Positions 1 to 10,069 are shown, numbered from the stretch's first letter. The stretch is DNA of 64,000 nt from Myxococcota bacterium (GCA_040386535.1 JAZKFH010000008.1:176011-240010), one strand, 5' to 3'. Program-made: numbers and translations. The notes: generated from the sequence alone by a model not told the origin.

Positions 1-190
1 CGACGGACACGATCTTGCCCTTGAGCCCGACGCCGGTGCGGCGCACGGAGGCGACCATGGCGTCCAGATCGGTGTCGGTGAGCACGTCCCACGTGATGTC
101 GACGCCGGTGGCCGCGACGAGATCGCGCATCACGTCGGCCACCTGGCTGCCACACCCGTCGCCGGGGATGAGGGTCACTGCGTAGGACAT
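1..190 (-). CDS. Isocitrate/isopropylmalate dehydrogenase family protein, 5' part only (runs off the window)
   Basis: Manual translation from ATG at 190: MSYAVTLIPGDGCGSQVADVMRDLVAATGVDITWD...VRRTGVGLKGKI. This matches the family N-terminus (VTLIPGDGxG ... LKG). Not in the ORF track. Confidence 0.75.
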   Translation of the reverse strand, partial: MSYAVTLIPGDGCGSQVADVMRDLVAATGVDITWDVLTDTDLDAMVASVRRTGVGLKGKIVSV

Positions 191-226
191 GGGTACCTCG
201 GCCTGGGAGCGTGCTTCGGAGGGGCT

Positions 227-1225
227 TTAGAGGGCGTCGATGACGGCGTCGGTGAACTCGGCGGTGCCGGCCTTGCCGCCGAGATCGCCGGTGATGTGTT
301 TGCCCGCGGCGAGCACGTCCCACACGGCGCGCTCGATCCGCCCGGCGATCTTCCACTCGCCCACGTGCTCGAGGAGCATGAGCCCGGAGAGCAGCACGGC
401 CAGCGGGTTCGCGAGGCCCTTGCCCGCGATGTCCGGCGCGGTTCCGTGCACGGCCTCGAACACCGCCGCCTTGCTCCCGATGTTGGCGCCCGGCACGACC
501 CCGAGGCCGCCGGCGAGGCCGGCGCAGAGATCGGAGAGGATGTCCCCGTAGAGGTTCTGGAGCAGGAGCACGTCGAACCGCGACGGATCCATCGGCAGGA
601 GCAACGAGAGCGTGTCCACCCCGATGTCGAGCTGCTCGAGGAAGGGGTATTCGCCGCCGACCTTGCGGAACGCGTTGAGGAACGCGCCGTCCGCCAGCGG
701 GTTGATCGGCGCCTTGTGGCAGCAGTGGATCGTGCGGCGCCCGCGGTAGCGCATGTGCTCGAACGCCCAGCGCGAGATGCGCTCGCCGGCCCGCACGGTC
801 GAGGTCTTCAGCGACACCACCGTGCCCGGGGTGACCTCGTGCTCGATGCCGGCGTACAGGTCCTCGGTGTTCTCGCGGAACAGCACGAGATCGAGGCCGG
901 GCCACGCGCCGGGGACGTTCGGGAGCGTCTTGACCGGGCGCAGGCCGACGTAGAGATCGAGCGCCTGCCGCAGCGTCACGTTCGCCGAGCGGAACCCGCC
1001 GCCCTTCGGCGTCATCAGCGGGCCCTTCAGCCCGAGGCGGTTCTTCCGGATGCTGTCGAGGGTGACCTCGGGCATCGGCACACCGTACTTCTCCATCGCC
1101 TCGCCCCCGGCGGGGGCGCGCTCCCACTCGATGGGGGCGCCGGCGGCGGCGAGGATGCGGCAGGTGGCGCCGGTCACCTCGGGGCCGATCCCATCGCCCT
1201 CGAGCAACGTCACGCGGTACTTCAT
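227..1225 (-). CDS. Isocitrate/isopropylmalate dehydrogenase family protein (NAD-IDH-like)
   Basis: GDGIGPEV, GLKGP, SANVTLRQALDLY, RENTEDLY, NLYGDILSDL, FEAVHGTAPDIAGKGLANP. Start placed at the ATG of MKYRV. Confidence 0.9.
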   Translation of the reverse strand: MKYRVTLLEGDGIGPEVTGATCRILAAAGAPIEWERAPAGGEAMEKYGVPMPEVTLDSIRKNRLGLKGPLMTPKGGGFRSANVTLRQALDLYVGLRPVKTLPNVPGAWPGLDLVLFRENTEDLYAGIEHEVTPGTVVSLKTSTVRAGERISRWAFEHMRYRGRRTIHCCHKAPINPLADGAFLNAFRKVGGEYPFLEQLDIGVDTLSLLLPMDPSRFDVLLLQNLYGDILSDLCAGLAGGLGVVPGANIGSKAAVFEAVHGTAPDIAGKGLANPLAVLLSGLMLLEHVGEWKIAGRIERAVWDVLAAGKHITGDLGGKAGTAEFTDAVIDAL

Positions 1226-1303
1226 GGAGCCTCGCAAGGCCGGCCGCCGTAACGCGTTCCCGGACGACGGGAAGCGGTCGACGTTACCCGAGCCGCCGAA
1301 CGT

Positions 1304-2206
1304 CTACCCGAGGCTCCGCGCCTGGAGGCCGCGCCGCATCGAGGGCACCGGGGGCGGCCCGGCGAGATCGAGCGCACGGAGCCGCTCCACGCGGTCCTCG
1401 GTGTGCGGGTGCGTGCGGAAGAGCGTGGAGATCCCGCGCCCCACGAGCGGGCTCACGATGAACATGTGCGCGGTCGAGGGCTCCGCCTGCGTCGGCATGC
1501 GCGCGTTGCCCTGCTCGAGCCGCAGGAGCGCGTCGGCGAGCGGCCGGCCTTCGCCCACGAGCTTCGCGCCGTAGGCGTCCGCCGCGTACTCACGCGAGCG
1601 GCTGATCGCGAGCTGGATGAGCATCGCGGCGAAGGGCGCCACGATCAGTGTCACGAGCAGCCCGATCGGGTTCTGCCCCTCCTCGTCGTCGGAGCGGCCG
1701 CCGCCGAAGATGAGGCCCCACTGCGCGATGTTGGCGAGCATCGAGATCGCGCCCGCCATGGTCGCCGCGATCGTGGAGATGAGGATGTCGCCGTTCTTGA
1801 TGTGGCCGAGCTCGTGGGCGAGCACGCCGCGCAGCTGCTCGGGCGTGAGGATATGGAGGATGCCCGACGTGACGGCTACCGCGGCGTGGTTCGCGTTCCG
1901 GCCGGTCGCGAACGCGTTCGGGCCGGCCTGGGGGAGCAGGTAGACCTTCGGCATGGGCAGGTCGGCGCGCTTCGCGAGATCCTCCACCATCGCCCAGATC
2001 TCGGGCGCGTCCTGCGGGCCGATCTCGTGCGCGCCGTACATGCGGAGCAGCACCTTGTCGGAGAACCAGTACGCGCCGAAGTTCATCACGACGGCGAACC
2101 CGAACGCGAGCACCATTCCCTGGGTGCCGCCGAGGAGCCGGCCGGCCACGACGAGCACGCCCGTCAGCAGGCCGAGGAGGAGGGTGGTCTTGAGGTGATT
2201 GAGCAT
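1304..2206 (-). CDS. htpX: Zinc metalloprotease HtpX (M48)
   Basis: N-terminal TM pair, PNAFATGRN, AHELGH (HExxH), ISRSREYAADA, LFRTHP. Real start at MLNHLKT inside the longer called ORF. Confidence 0.95.
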   Translation of the reverse strand: MLNHLKTTLLLGLLTGVLVVAGRLLGGTQGMVLAFGFAVVMNFGAYWFSDKVLLRMYGAHEIGPQDAPEIWAMVEDLAKRADLPMPKVYLLPQAGPNAFATGRNANHAAVAVTSGILHILTPEQLRGVLAHELGHIKNGDILISTIAATMAGAISMLANIAQWGLIFGGGRSDDEEGQNPIGLLVTLIVAPFAAMLIQLAISRSREYAADAYGAKLVGEGRPLADALLRLEQGNARMPTQAEPSTAHMFIVSPLVGRGISTLFRTHPHTEDRVERLRALDLAGPPPVPSMRRGLQARSLG

Positions 2207-2309
2207 GCCTCTACGTTTAGGCACGCGCTCGCGACCCGAAAATACTCCGGACGGGACCCGTGACGAAAGGCGACGACGGGTCGGGGAAGGGGGGGCCGTG
2301 GGGGCACCC

Positions 2310-3434
2310 TTAGAACCAGGCCGCTCCCAAGGTCGAGGCCTCGTCCACCAGGAACGTGTTGCCCGTCTGGCGGCCGAGGATCCGCATGGCGCGTGCTCGC
2401 CAGGGCCCGTCCGGGGCGAGCTCGGACATCGCCAGCTCGAGATCGGCGCGCCCGCCGAGCTCGGCGATGAGCACGCGCACCCGGCCGCGGGCGAGCGGCG
2501 CCTCGCCGAGGCGGTCGAGGGCGTGGAACAGATCGTCCGGGTCCCGCTTCGCCACGGCGCGGCAGGCGCGCAGGTCGGCTTCGAGCAGCGGCATCCCCCG
2601 CTCGATCGCGTAGGTGATGGCGCGGTCGATACCCGGCGCCACCACGGTCTCCCCGGCGACAGCGCGGGCCCGCGCGGCCCAGGCCTCGGCGCGGAACACG
2701 CCGGCCCGGCGCCCGGCGCGTGTCCAGCAGGCCAGGGCGCGGTCGAAGCGCTGGATGGCGCGCTCGCAGAAGGGGCCGGCCGTGCCGGCGCCGTCCTCGA
2801 ACCAGGCGGCGCGGAGCAGGTCGATCTCGCCGAGCTCGGACCACGCGGCACCCGCCGGCCCCACGGCCTGCGGGTGCGGCTCCAGCTCGGCCGCGAGCGC
2901 CAGCCACGCGGTCTCGGCCGCGCTGACCAGCCCGTCCAGGCGGTCGACCTGGGCCGCACGGAAGCGGCGCGACAGCTCGCTGCCCGGGAGGGCCACCGCC
3001 GCAAGGCGATCGAGGTGCGCGCGCGCGGTGTCGACCTCGCCGCGCGTCAGGCACAGGCCCACGAGGGTGTCGAGCGCCAGGGTGGTCCCGACGGGATCGC
3101 CGTCGGGCGCGGCGGACGCCTTCACGAGCGCGGCGGCGGCGATGTCGTGCGCGGCGTCCACCTGCCCGGCGTCGAGCAGGACCGCGGCGAGCTGCGCGCT
3201 GTCGGACGTCTCGTCCCGGCCGCCCTCGCGGGCGAGCACGAGCATCTTCGCGGCGGCGGCGGGGCGGTCGTCGCGGCGGAACGCGTCGGCGGCGAGCGCG
3301 GCGGCGTCCCGCTGCTCGCGACGGTCCATCACCCGGCGTGCACGTTCGGCGAGCGCCGCGTACCGCGGACCGGCCTCGTCCCAACGCCCCGAACGGGCCA
3401 GCTCTTCGGCCTCGCGCCACTCGCGCTTCGACAT
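2310..3434 (-). CDS. Hypothetical alpha-helical (TPR-like) protein
   Basis: Ala/Leu/Arg-rich helical-repeat-like ORF; GAGG 5 nt before ATG 3434. Confidence 0.6.
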   Translation of the reverse strand: MSKREWREAEELARSGRWDEAGPRYAALAERARRVMDRREQRDAAALAADAFRRDDRPAAAAKMLVLAREGGRDETSDSAQLAAVLLDAGQVDAAHDIAAAALVKASAAPDGDPVGTTLALDTLVGLCLTRGEVDTARAHLDRLAAVALPGSELSRRFRAAQVDRLDGLVSAAETAWLALAAELEPHPQAVGPAGAAWSELGEIDLLRAAWFEDGAGTAGPFCERAIQRFDRALACWTRAGRRAGVFRAEAWAARARAVAGETVVAPGIDRAITYAIERGMPLLEADLRACRAVAKRDPDDLFHALDRLGEAPLARGRVRVLIAELGGRADLELAMSELAPDGPWRARAMRILGRQTGNTFLVDEASTLGAAWF

Positions 3435-3476
3435 CCACACCTCGCCCCGTCGCCTATCTTGCTAATGCGGGTGGCG

Positions 3477-4481
3477 ATGTCCCCCCGCCGCCTGCTCTTC
3501 ACCATCGGCCCCGCCCTCGCCCTGCTCGGGGTCGGCCTCGGCCTCGGGGAGTGGAGCCAGCGCCAGGCGGAGGCGAAGGACGGCCTGTCGATCCCCTGGG
3601 ACGAGCCGGCGCTCAAGTACGAGTTCGCGCCGGGCGGCAACCAGAACAGCCACGGCTTCAACGAGCGCGAGCTCCCCCTGGAGAAGCCTGCGGGCACGCT
3701 CCGCATCGCCGCCCTCGGCGACTCGGTGACCCACGGCGCCTTCGTCCCCAACACGCAGTCGTGGCCGCGCCAGCTCGAGAACGCCCTGAACGCGCAGGGG
3801 ATGACCGTCCAGGCGCTCAACTTCGGCGTGTACGGGTACGACACCGAGAGCGTGGCTGCCCAGCTCCGCGCCCGCGTGCTCGCGTGGAAGCCCGATCTCG
3901 TGGTCTACGGGTTCTACGTCAACGATCCCATGCCGACAGAGCTCGTCACGACCGACGGGCGGCCCGTCTGGGTCGGCACCGGCCCGCGCGACTTCCGCGT
4001 GTTCGGCCCCGCGCTCGACAGCTCGCTCCACGGCGTGAGCGCGTTGTTCCGGCGCTTCGAAGGCGCCGCCGCCGCCCGCGCGATCGAGGCGCGGGACGAC
4101 CGCCAGCCGCTCGACTGGGAGCGCTTCGGCGCCTGGCTCGACACGCTGAAGGCCACGGCCGCTGGCGCGGGCGTCCCGCTCGTCGTCGTGCTCATCCCGC
4201 CGCACGTGCTCGCCCAGCCCGATCTCGCCGCATGCAACGCCGCCGCCCGGATGGGCCCCCACTTCTGCGAAGAGAACGTCGAGGTCCTGGCGCGCGCGGC
4301 CGCGATGACGGACGCGCGCGGCCTCTCCACGGTCGACGGCCTCGCCGCCTACCGTGCCGGCGGGAACGTCGATCTGTTCGGCCTCCCCGACGATCCGCAC
4401 CACCCCAGCGCGGAGGGGCACCGTCGCCTCGCCGCGGCGCTCGCCCCCGTCGTCTCCCCGATGCTCGCGGGGCAGCGATGA
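3477..4481 (+). CDS. Membrane-anchored SGNH/GDSL hydrolase
   Basis: N-terminal hydrophobic anchor; blocks IAALGDSVTHG, NFGVYGY, FYVND, DPHHPS. Start could be 3465. Confidence 0.88.
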   Translation: MSPRRLLFTIGPALALLGVGLGLGEWSQRQAEAKDGLSIPWDEPALKYEFAPGGNQNSHGFNERELPLEKPAGTLRIAALGDSVTHGAFVPNTQSWPRQLENALNAQGMTVQALNFGVYGYDTESVAAQLRARVLAWKPDLVVYGFYVNDPMPTELVTTDGRPVWVGTGPRDFRVFGPALDSSLHGVSALFRRFEGAAAARAIEARDDRQPLDWERFGAWLDTLKATAAGAGVPLVVVLIPPHVLAQPDLAACNAAARMGPHFCEENVEVLARAAAMTDARGLSTVDGLAAYRAGGNVDLFGLPDDPHHPSAEGHRRLAAALAPVVSPMLAGQR

Positions 4482-5038
4482 TCCGCATCGTCTCCGCCGT
4501 GGACGACGAGCGCAACGGCCTCGACGGGGTCTCGCTCGGCGTCGGCATGCTCCCCGCGGGCATCACCACCGCGCGCCTCCTCGCGACCGAGCACCCCGAC
4601 GCGGTCGTGTTCGTCGGCACCGCGGGCGCCTACGCGGGCGGCCCCGCGATCGGCTCCGTCGTCACCGCGCGTTCGGTCGGCCTCGTCTCCGGCAGCGCGA
4701 CGCTCGGCCTCGGCTACGTGCCGCTCGCCCCGGCGCCGCTCCTCTCCGACGCGGCGCTCCTGCGCGCCCTCGATCTCCCCCTGGTCGACGTCGCCTGCCT
4801 CGTCGCCATCACCACCGATCCCGCGCTCGCCGCGCGCATCGGCATCTCGTGGCAGGTCGAGCACATGGAGGCCTACGGCGTGGCCGCGGCATGCGCCGCC
4901 GCGGGCGTCGCGTTTGCCGCCGTGTTCGGGATCACCAACGTCGTCGGGCCCTCGGCGCACGCGGAGTGGCGTGCCAACCGGGAAGCCTGCCAGGGGGCGG
5001 CGGCCGCGGCGGTGGCGCGGCTCGTCGCCGGGCGATAG
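4478..5038 (+). CDS. Nucleoside phosphorylase/hydrolase family (MTA/SAH nucleosidase or futalosine hydrolase-like)
   Basis: VVFVGTAGAY, EHMEAYGVAAAC, VFGITNVVG; ATGA overlap with the upstream stop. Confidence 0.8.
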   Translation: MIRIVSAVDDERNGLDGVSLGVGMLPAGITTARLLATEHPDAVVFVGTAGAYAGGPAIGSVVTARSVGLVSGSATLGLGYVPLAPAPLLSDAALLRALDLPLVDVACLVAITTDPALAARIGISWQVEHMEAYGVAAACAAAGVAFAAVFGITNVVGPSAHAEWRANREACQGAAAAAVARLVAGR

Positions 5039-5058
5039 TCGCGCGCTCCGCTTTGGAG

Positions 5059-5598
5059 ATGCCCGTGGCAGAGAACGCCGTGATCCCGCGCCCGCACGTC
5101 CACCAGTTGTCCGAAGCGTGCGCCACGCTCGGGGCCAGCTTCCAGCCCGTCGCGAAGCGGCTGCTCGAAGATCAGTCGCGCCTGCTGCGCTTCTTCAAGG
5201 GCAACCTCCCGCAGATGGACGGACAGGCGGGGGAGGTGTCCCTCTACCTGCTCGCCGTCATCGTGCGGATCTTCGACCAGTGCGGCGGCAAGCTCGGCCG
5301 CGTCGGCCCGAAAGAGATCGACCTCGCCACGAAGAAGATCGCGGGCGCCACGCGTGACCTGCTCCCGTGGGACACCGGCTTCGCCGACCGCGTTCGCGGC
5401 GTGTCCGGCCGCGCCCAGCCCCACATCCTGGACGAGGCGCTCAACGCGCTGTTCGAGCGCGAAGAGAAGAAGGAGAGCGAGGTCGACCTCGACTTCGAAC
5501 AGGCCGGCCGCGTCTTCCTGATGTTGTGGGCCGCCACCGAGGCGCTGGACGCCGCCTGGCGCGCGCCGGCATCGCCGGATTGGGCCCAGGCCGAATAG
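5059..5598 (+). CDS. Hypothetical protein
   Basis: Strong GC3 bias and globular-looking composition; fills the gap in a co-oriented run. Confidence 0.7.
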   Translation: MPVAENAVIPRPHVHQLSEACATLGASFQPVAKRLLEDQSRLLRFFKGNLPQMDGQAGEVSLYLLAVIVRIFDQCGGKLGRVGPKEIDLATKKIAGATRDLLPWDTGFADRVRGVSGRAQPHILDEALNALFEREEKKESEVDLDFEQAGRVFLMLWAATEALDAAWRAPASPDWAQAE

Positions 5599-5621
5599 GC
5601 TTCGGCGGAGCGGAGGCCGAC

Positions 5622-6218
5622 ATGGGCTTGCGGGATCGACTCAAACAGACGGCGAAGACGCTCCTGGGCCTCCCCGAGCCCGCGCGGCCGGCGGCGCCCG
5701 TCGCCTCCGCCGTGCCTTCGCCCGCCGTGGCTGCGCCTTCCGTGCCCTCGAAGGCGCCCGCCGTGCCTGCGAAGGCGGCACCCGTGAAGCCGGCGCCCGT
5801 GAAGGCCGCTGCCGCCGCCCCCACGCTCCCCACCGCCCCCACGGCGGACGGCTACCGTGCCGTCGCGTTCGCCCACCAGGTGACCGACAAGAAGGCCGGC
5901 ACCTTCCCGCTCGAAGGGGCGCCGATCGTCGCGGTGTTCCGCCACGAGGGGAAGCTCTGGGTCATCGACAACGCCTGCGCCCACGAAGACGGGCCGGTGG
6001 GCGAGGGCGATGTCGAGGGCAAGTGTGTGCGCTGCCCCTACCACGACTGGGAATACGACTTCACGACCGGGGCCTGCCGCACCGATCCGGAGCGCTCCCT
6101 GGCCACCTTCTCGGTCCGCGAGCGCGACGGCGTCATCTGGGTGGGGCCTCGCCTCACGGAGGGCACCAAGGCGCGCGGCGGGGACCACAACGACGGGCTG
6201 GAGACCATCACCCGATGA
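5622..6218 (+). CDS. Rieske [2Fe-2S] ferredoxin with Pro/Ala/Lys-rich N-terminal extension
   Basis: NACAHEDGP ... CPYHDW (CxH/CxxH); GGAGG upstream of the ATG. Confidence 0.9.
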   Translation: MGLRDRLKQTAKTLLGLPEPARPAAPVASAVPSPAVAAPSVPSKAPAVPAKAAPVKPAPVKAAAAAPTLPTAPTADGYRAVAFAHQVTDKKAGTFPLEGAPIVAVFRHEGKLWVIDNACAHEDGPVGEGDVEGKCVRCPYHDWEYDFTTGACRTDPERSLATFSVRERDGVIWVGPRLTEGTKARGGDHNDGLETITR

Positions 6219-6562
6219 GCAAGACCATCGAGGGCGCGCTGCGCCAGGGCATCACGTTCGACGAGCTCATCGCGAGCCTCGCCGGCCTCTCCGCGAGCGG
6301 CAAGAAGCTGCAGCTCCAGGTCGAGGCCCGCACGGTGCCCTACCTGCGCCACACGGTGGTCGGCTGGGTGGACGGCCCCCCCACCTCCACCGTCACGTTC
6401 GTGCTCTCCGGGGCCGATCCGCACGGGCACGCATGGCGTCGCTTCACGCTCTCCCGCAAGGACGACGGCCACTACGAGCTCGCCTGCTTCCCGACGCCCT
6501 TCCACAACGGCGTGGATCCGTTGTCCCCCGGCATCCCGCCGAGCTCCAGCCGCCGCGCCTGA
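6215..6562 (+). CDS. Hypothetical protein
   Basis: ATGA overlap with the Rieske gene; high GC3. Confidence 0.65.
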   Translation: MSKTIEGALRQGITFDELIASLAGLSASGKKLQLQVEARTVPYLRHTVVGWVDGPPTSTVTFVLSGADPHGHAWRRFTLSRKDDGHYELACFPTPFHNGVDPLSPGIPPSSSRRA

Positions 6563-6586
6563 TTCGGCGGGCGCTGATTCTCGGGC

Positions 6587-8485
6587 TCAGGGCCGATCGG
6601 TCCACCGCCGCTCGATCCAGAGCGGCGCGCTGACCGCCCACGCGGGCTCGGTCGACCACGGAGTGGCGCGCTCGCCGTACGCGACGACGACCACCCACGT
6701 GGTCTCCGCGGGCACCGACCACTTCCACGTGCCCGCGCCCGCAACGTCGTGGCGCACGCTGCCCGCGGAGGTGACGACCTCGACGGTGCGCATGCGCATC
6801 CACCGCGAGGCGTCGAGCGTCACGTCGATGCCCCACGCGCCGCGCTCGCGGCCCCGCGAAACCACGTCGAGACGGGGGCCGGTCCCGGCGGTGGTCCGCG
6901 CGTCGACGATGCCAGCCTCGTAGGCGGGCACGTTGGCGTCGGCGTCGATGCCGATCCAGGTGCGCGGGCCGAGGGGCGCGGGATCCACCCACGCGTCGAG
7001 GAGCGCGAGCCAGGCGGGGATGTCGGCGGGTGTGTCGATCCAGAACGCGTCGGGGCGCGGGTCCCAGTCGTACGGCTCCGCCTCGGCGCGCGCCCGCGCC
7101 ACCCACGCGGCGTTCACGACGGTCAGCCGCGCGTTCGACGCGCCCCCCTCGGTCGCGGCGAGCAGATCGAGCGCCGAGAGGCCTTGCCACGCCACGGCGC
7201 CGTGCGCGGGCTTTCGGGCGTTCGGGTTCCACGGCCAGGACCACACCTCGCCCGACGCGCGCGATGCGGCGACCGCGAGGATGGCGTCGTGCGCGTCGAT
7301 GGTGACGGTCGGCACCTCGTCGTCCACCAGGAGCACCGCGAAGCCGACCCCCTCGGCGGCGAGCGTGGTGGCGGCGGCCTCGGATGTGATGGTGGACGCC
7401 GCGTCCGGCGCGACCACCATCGCCGGCGCAGCGAGCACGTGGTCGTCCGCGAGCCACTCGTGGTGAAGCGTGACCGCGGCCTCGGTGTCCACACCGGCCC
7501 ACGGGAGCGTGACCGCGCTGTGCGTCGGGCCCGCCCACACCCACAGCGTGGCCGGCTCCGGCCCGAGCGGCACGCGCCCGCCGCCCGGCGGCACGGTCCA
7601 GGTGGTGTGGCCGTCGTAGATCGCGGCCACGACGTCGTTCCCCGCGTCGTCCGCGACCCGCAGCTGGAGCCACGCGCAGGCGAGCAGGCGCGTGCCGTCG
7701 TAGGTGCAGCCCGCCCGCTCCGCCTGGAGCGTCGACCCCGCCGGGGCCCGTCCGGCCGCGCGGCCGTCCACGATCGGCAAGCGCACGCGCTCCACGCCGC
7801 CCTGCACCGCGAGGACGCTGTCGGCGTCGACCGCCTCGTCCAGGTCATCCCCGTCGGGCCAGAGCCCCTCCCGCGACAGCGCGGCGCGGGTCACCCCCTG
7901 CACGCGCACGGCGCTCCCCTCGCTCACGACGAGGCCGTCGAGCCCGACGAAGGCCCCGGTGCCCGCGGTCGGATCCCCCCACAACGTGGCGCCCGTGCGC
8001 GTGACGGTCGGGCGCCCCTGGAGCACGCCGGTGCCGACGGCGTCGATGTGCAGCACGTCGTCGTCCGCGCCGAGGCGGTAGGTCACGCCGGGCAGCACCA
8101 GGCGCGCCTCGTCGGCGTCGTTCTCGGCGATGATGGCGCTCCGGTCCCCGTCGGGCACGTACTCCACGAGCACGTCCAGCCCGCCCGGTGGCGCCGCGTC
8201 GATGAGCGTTCCGCCCGCTTCGCCGAGGTGCGTCAGCGCCGCGTACGTCCCGCGCACGACGTAGCGGGCGTGGGCATTCTCGATCAACCAGTCGCCGGTG
8301 CGGCCCTCGCCGCCGCCCACCAGCTCGTCCCCACACGGGATCTGGCGCGCGCGCACCTCTCCGGCCGCGAGCGTCCGCGGGTCGCACACCGTGGGCTCTG
8401 CCAGCGCGGGCCCGTTCACGGAGGGGGCCGCGCAGGCGACGAGCAGCGCCGGGAAGCCCCGTGCGAGCAGCGAGCGGGACGGCAG
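6587..8485 (-). CDS. Lipoprotein resembling CehA/McbA-type PHP metallohydrolases, metal motifs apparently degenerate (start uncertain)
   Basis: Lipobox-like LLVAC; GDWLIENAHARYVV...GGTLIDA N-domain; ADDHVLA...LAAEGVGFAVLLVDD and TAGTGP echo the PHP scaffold. Confidence 0.55.
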   Translation of the reverse strand: MPSRSLLARGFPALLVACAAPSVNGPALAEPTVCDPRTLAAGEVRARQIPCGDELVGGGEGRTGDWLIENAHARYVVRGTYAALTHLGEAGGTLIDAAPPGGLDVLVEYVPDGDRSAIIAENDADEARLVLPGVTYRLGADDDVLHIDAVGTGVLQGRPTVTRTGATLWGDPTAGTGAFVGLDGLVVSEGSAVRVQGVTRAALSREGLWPDGDDLDEAVDADSVLAVQGGVERVRLPIVDGRAAGRAPAGSTLQAERAGCTYDGTRLLACAWLQLRVADDAGNDVVAAIYDGHTTWTVPPGGGRVPLGPEPATLWVWAGPTHSAVTLPWAGVDTEAAVTLHHEWLADDHVLAAPAMVVAPDAASTITSEAAATTLAAEGVGFAVLLVDDEVPTVTIDAHDAILAVAASRASGEVWSWPWNPNARKPAHGAVAWQGLSALDLLAATEGGASNARLTVVNAAWVARARAEAEPYDWDPRPDAFWIDTPADIPAWLALLDAWVDPAPLGPRTWIGIDADANVPAYEAGIVDARTTAGTGPRLDVVSRGRERGAWGIDVTLDASRWMRMRTVEVVTSAGSVRHDVAGAGTWKWSVPAETTWVVVVAYGERATPWSTEPAWAVSAPLWIERRWTDRP

Positions 8486-8490
8486 CGCGG

Positions 8491-9258
8491 CTACTCGGCG
8501 CCGGCGGCCAGGCTGCCGTTGAACCGGAGCGAGGTCGGCACCACGCGCACCTGCTTCGACCAGCCCTCGGGGATGTCGCCCATGGTGTAGACCCACACCC
8601 GCTTGTCACCCGGCTTCAGGGGCTTGGTGTACTCCTCGGGCAGCGACATGCCGCCGGGGCCGGTGGTGCCCGCGAGGGGGTAGCTCTTCGCGGCGAGCTT
8701 CTGCCCGCTCGCGTCGAGGAGCTGGACTTCGAGCGTGAGGAAATCGAGCGTCTTGTCGCCCGCGTTGGTGACCTCGGTGGTGAAGCCCCAGCCGTCCTTC
8801 GGGCCCTTCGGATCTTCGGCCAGATTGACCTCCTCGATCTTGACCTCGCCGATGAGCAGCTTGTCCTGGTACGCGGCCACCTGTACGCGCGAGCTGGCCT
8901 TCTTCCGCATCGTCGCGTCGGCGGTCGGGTTCTGGTCGATGAACGCCTTCCATGCCTCGGGGGTGTTCTCGGTCTCGGCGTTGGCGAAGTGGGCCATGGC
9001 CCGGGCCGCCTGCACCTTGGTGAGCTGACGCGACTTGGGGAAGCGCGTGATGACGGCGTCGTACTCCTCGAGCTTGGTGCTCTTGAGCGCCCGCTCGACC
9101 AGCATCTGCTCCAGCCGGGTCTCGGCGGTGATGCGGTCGGAGCCCGACGGGTCGGTGCCCAGGTAGGCCTCCCAGGCCTCGATCGTGTCGACCTTCTGGG
9201 CGTCACCGAGCGGATCCGCGCAAGCGGCGAGGAACAAACAGAGGAGGATGGTGCGCAT
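8491..9258 (-). CDS. Lipoprotein with short helical repeats and C-terminal FxLYD-like domain
   Basis: Lipobox LAAC; repeats DTIEAWEAYL / NTPEAWKAFI; EVTNAGDKTLDFLTLEVQLLDASG. Confidence 0.75.
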   Translation of the reverse strand: MRTILLCLFLAACADPLGDAQKVDTIEAWEAYLGTDPSGSDRITAETRLEQMLVERALKSTKLEEYDAVITRFPKSRQLTKVQAARAMAHFANAETENTPEAWKAFIDQNPTADATMRKKASSRVQVAAYQDKLLIGEVKIEEVNLAEDPKGPKDGWGFTTEVTNAGDKTLDFLTLEVQLLDASGQKLAAKSYPLAGTTGPGGMSLPEEYTKPLKPGDKRVWVYTMGDIPEGWSKQVRVVPTSLRFNGSLAAGAE

Positions 9259-9325
9259 GGGGTGACCTCGGTCCGCATGCTACCACAATGCGGATTTCGT
9301 CCGGAACTACGGCGCGGTCTGGCCT

Positions 9326-9949
9326 TCAGGGCCCCTCGGACCGCTTCTTCACCCAGGCCACGGCGTTCGTGAGGCCCTGCTTGGCGATCATGTCCTGCGC
9401 GAAGCCGGGCACCCAGCCCTTGAACCGCACGTCCACCGAGTACTCGAGGCGCGTGCGCGGCGGATCGGCGGTGATCGGCGTGACGCGCCAGTAGCCGATC
9501 GACTCGTCCAGGTCGGACAGGCGGCTGTAATCGAGGGACCAGGTGAGCCAGCCGGCCGTCGGGTTGTAGGTGTGCTTGATGAAATATTCGACGTTCATCC
9601 CCATGGGATCGAGCACGAAGCGGGTGTAGATGTTCGCGCCCTCCTTCCGGTACACCTCGCACGCCGCCACGTTGTCCACCCAGGTCGGGTACATCTGGTA
9701 GTTCGTGATACGAGACCAGATGGTCGTGGGCGTGGCCTTGATGTCCATGAAGGCCACGCCGTTCCCGCCATTGCCGCTGCGGGCCTGCTTCAGCACCAGC
9801 TCGCCCGCGCCCAGCTTCGCCTCGTCGCCTGCGGCCAGCGGCACGGGCGGGGGCGCCCCCTTGTACGCGGCCGCGATGCCCTGGTGATCGTGAGGGGTGT
9901 TGGCATCGGCGGCGAACGCCGCGAGGGTCAGGACGAGGGCGGTGAGCAT
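9326..9949 (-). CDS. Secreted SRPBCC/START (polyketide cyclase-like) protein
   Basis: Signal peptide MLTALVLTLAAFA; IKATPTTIWSRITNYQMYPTWV; GYWRVTP...TRLEYSV. Confidence 0.75.
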   Translation of the reverse strand: MLTALVLTLAAFAADANTPHDHQGIAAAYKGAPPPVPLAAGDEAKLGAGELVLKQARSGNGGNGVAFMDIKATPTTIWSRITNYQMYPTWVDNVAACEVYRKEGANIYTRFVLDPMGMNVEYFIKHTYNPTAGWLTWSLDYSRLSDLDESIGYWRVTPITADPPRTRLEYSVDVRFKGWVPGFAQDMIAKQGLTNAVAWVKKRSEGP

Positions 9950-10069
9950 GGGGCTCCAGGGCGGGGCGACGCGGGGCCCGTTCTGCGGCGGGCCTGTGTC
10001 CTTGGTGTCAAAGCTCTTTCGGATCCGGAACGCACGATGTATCTTCTCGGTCTCTTCGTGAGGTCGGTC

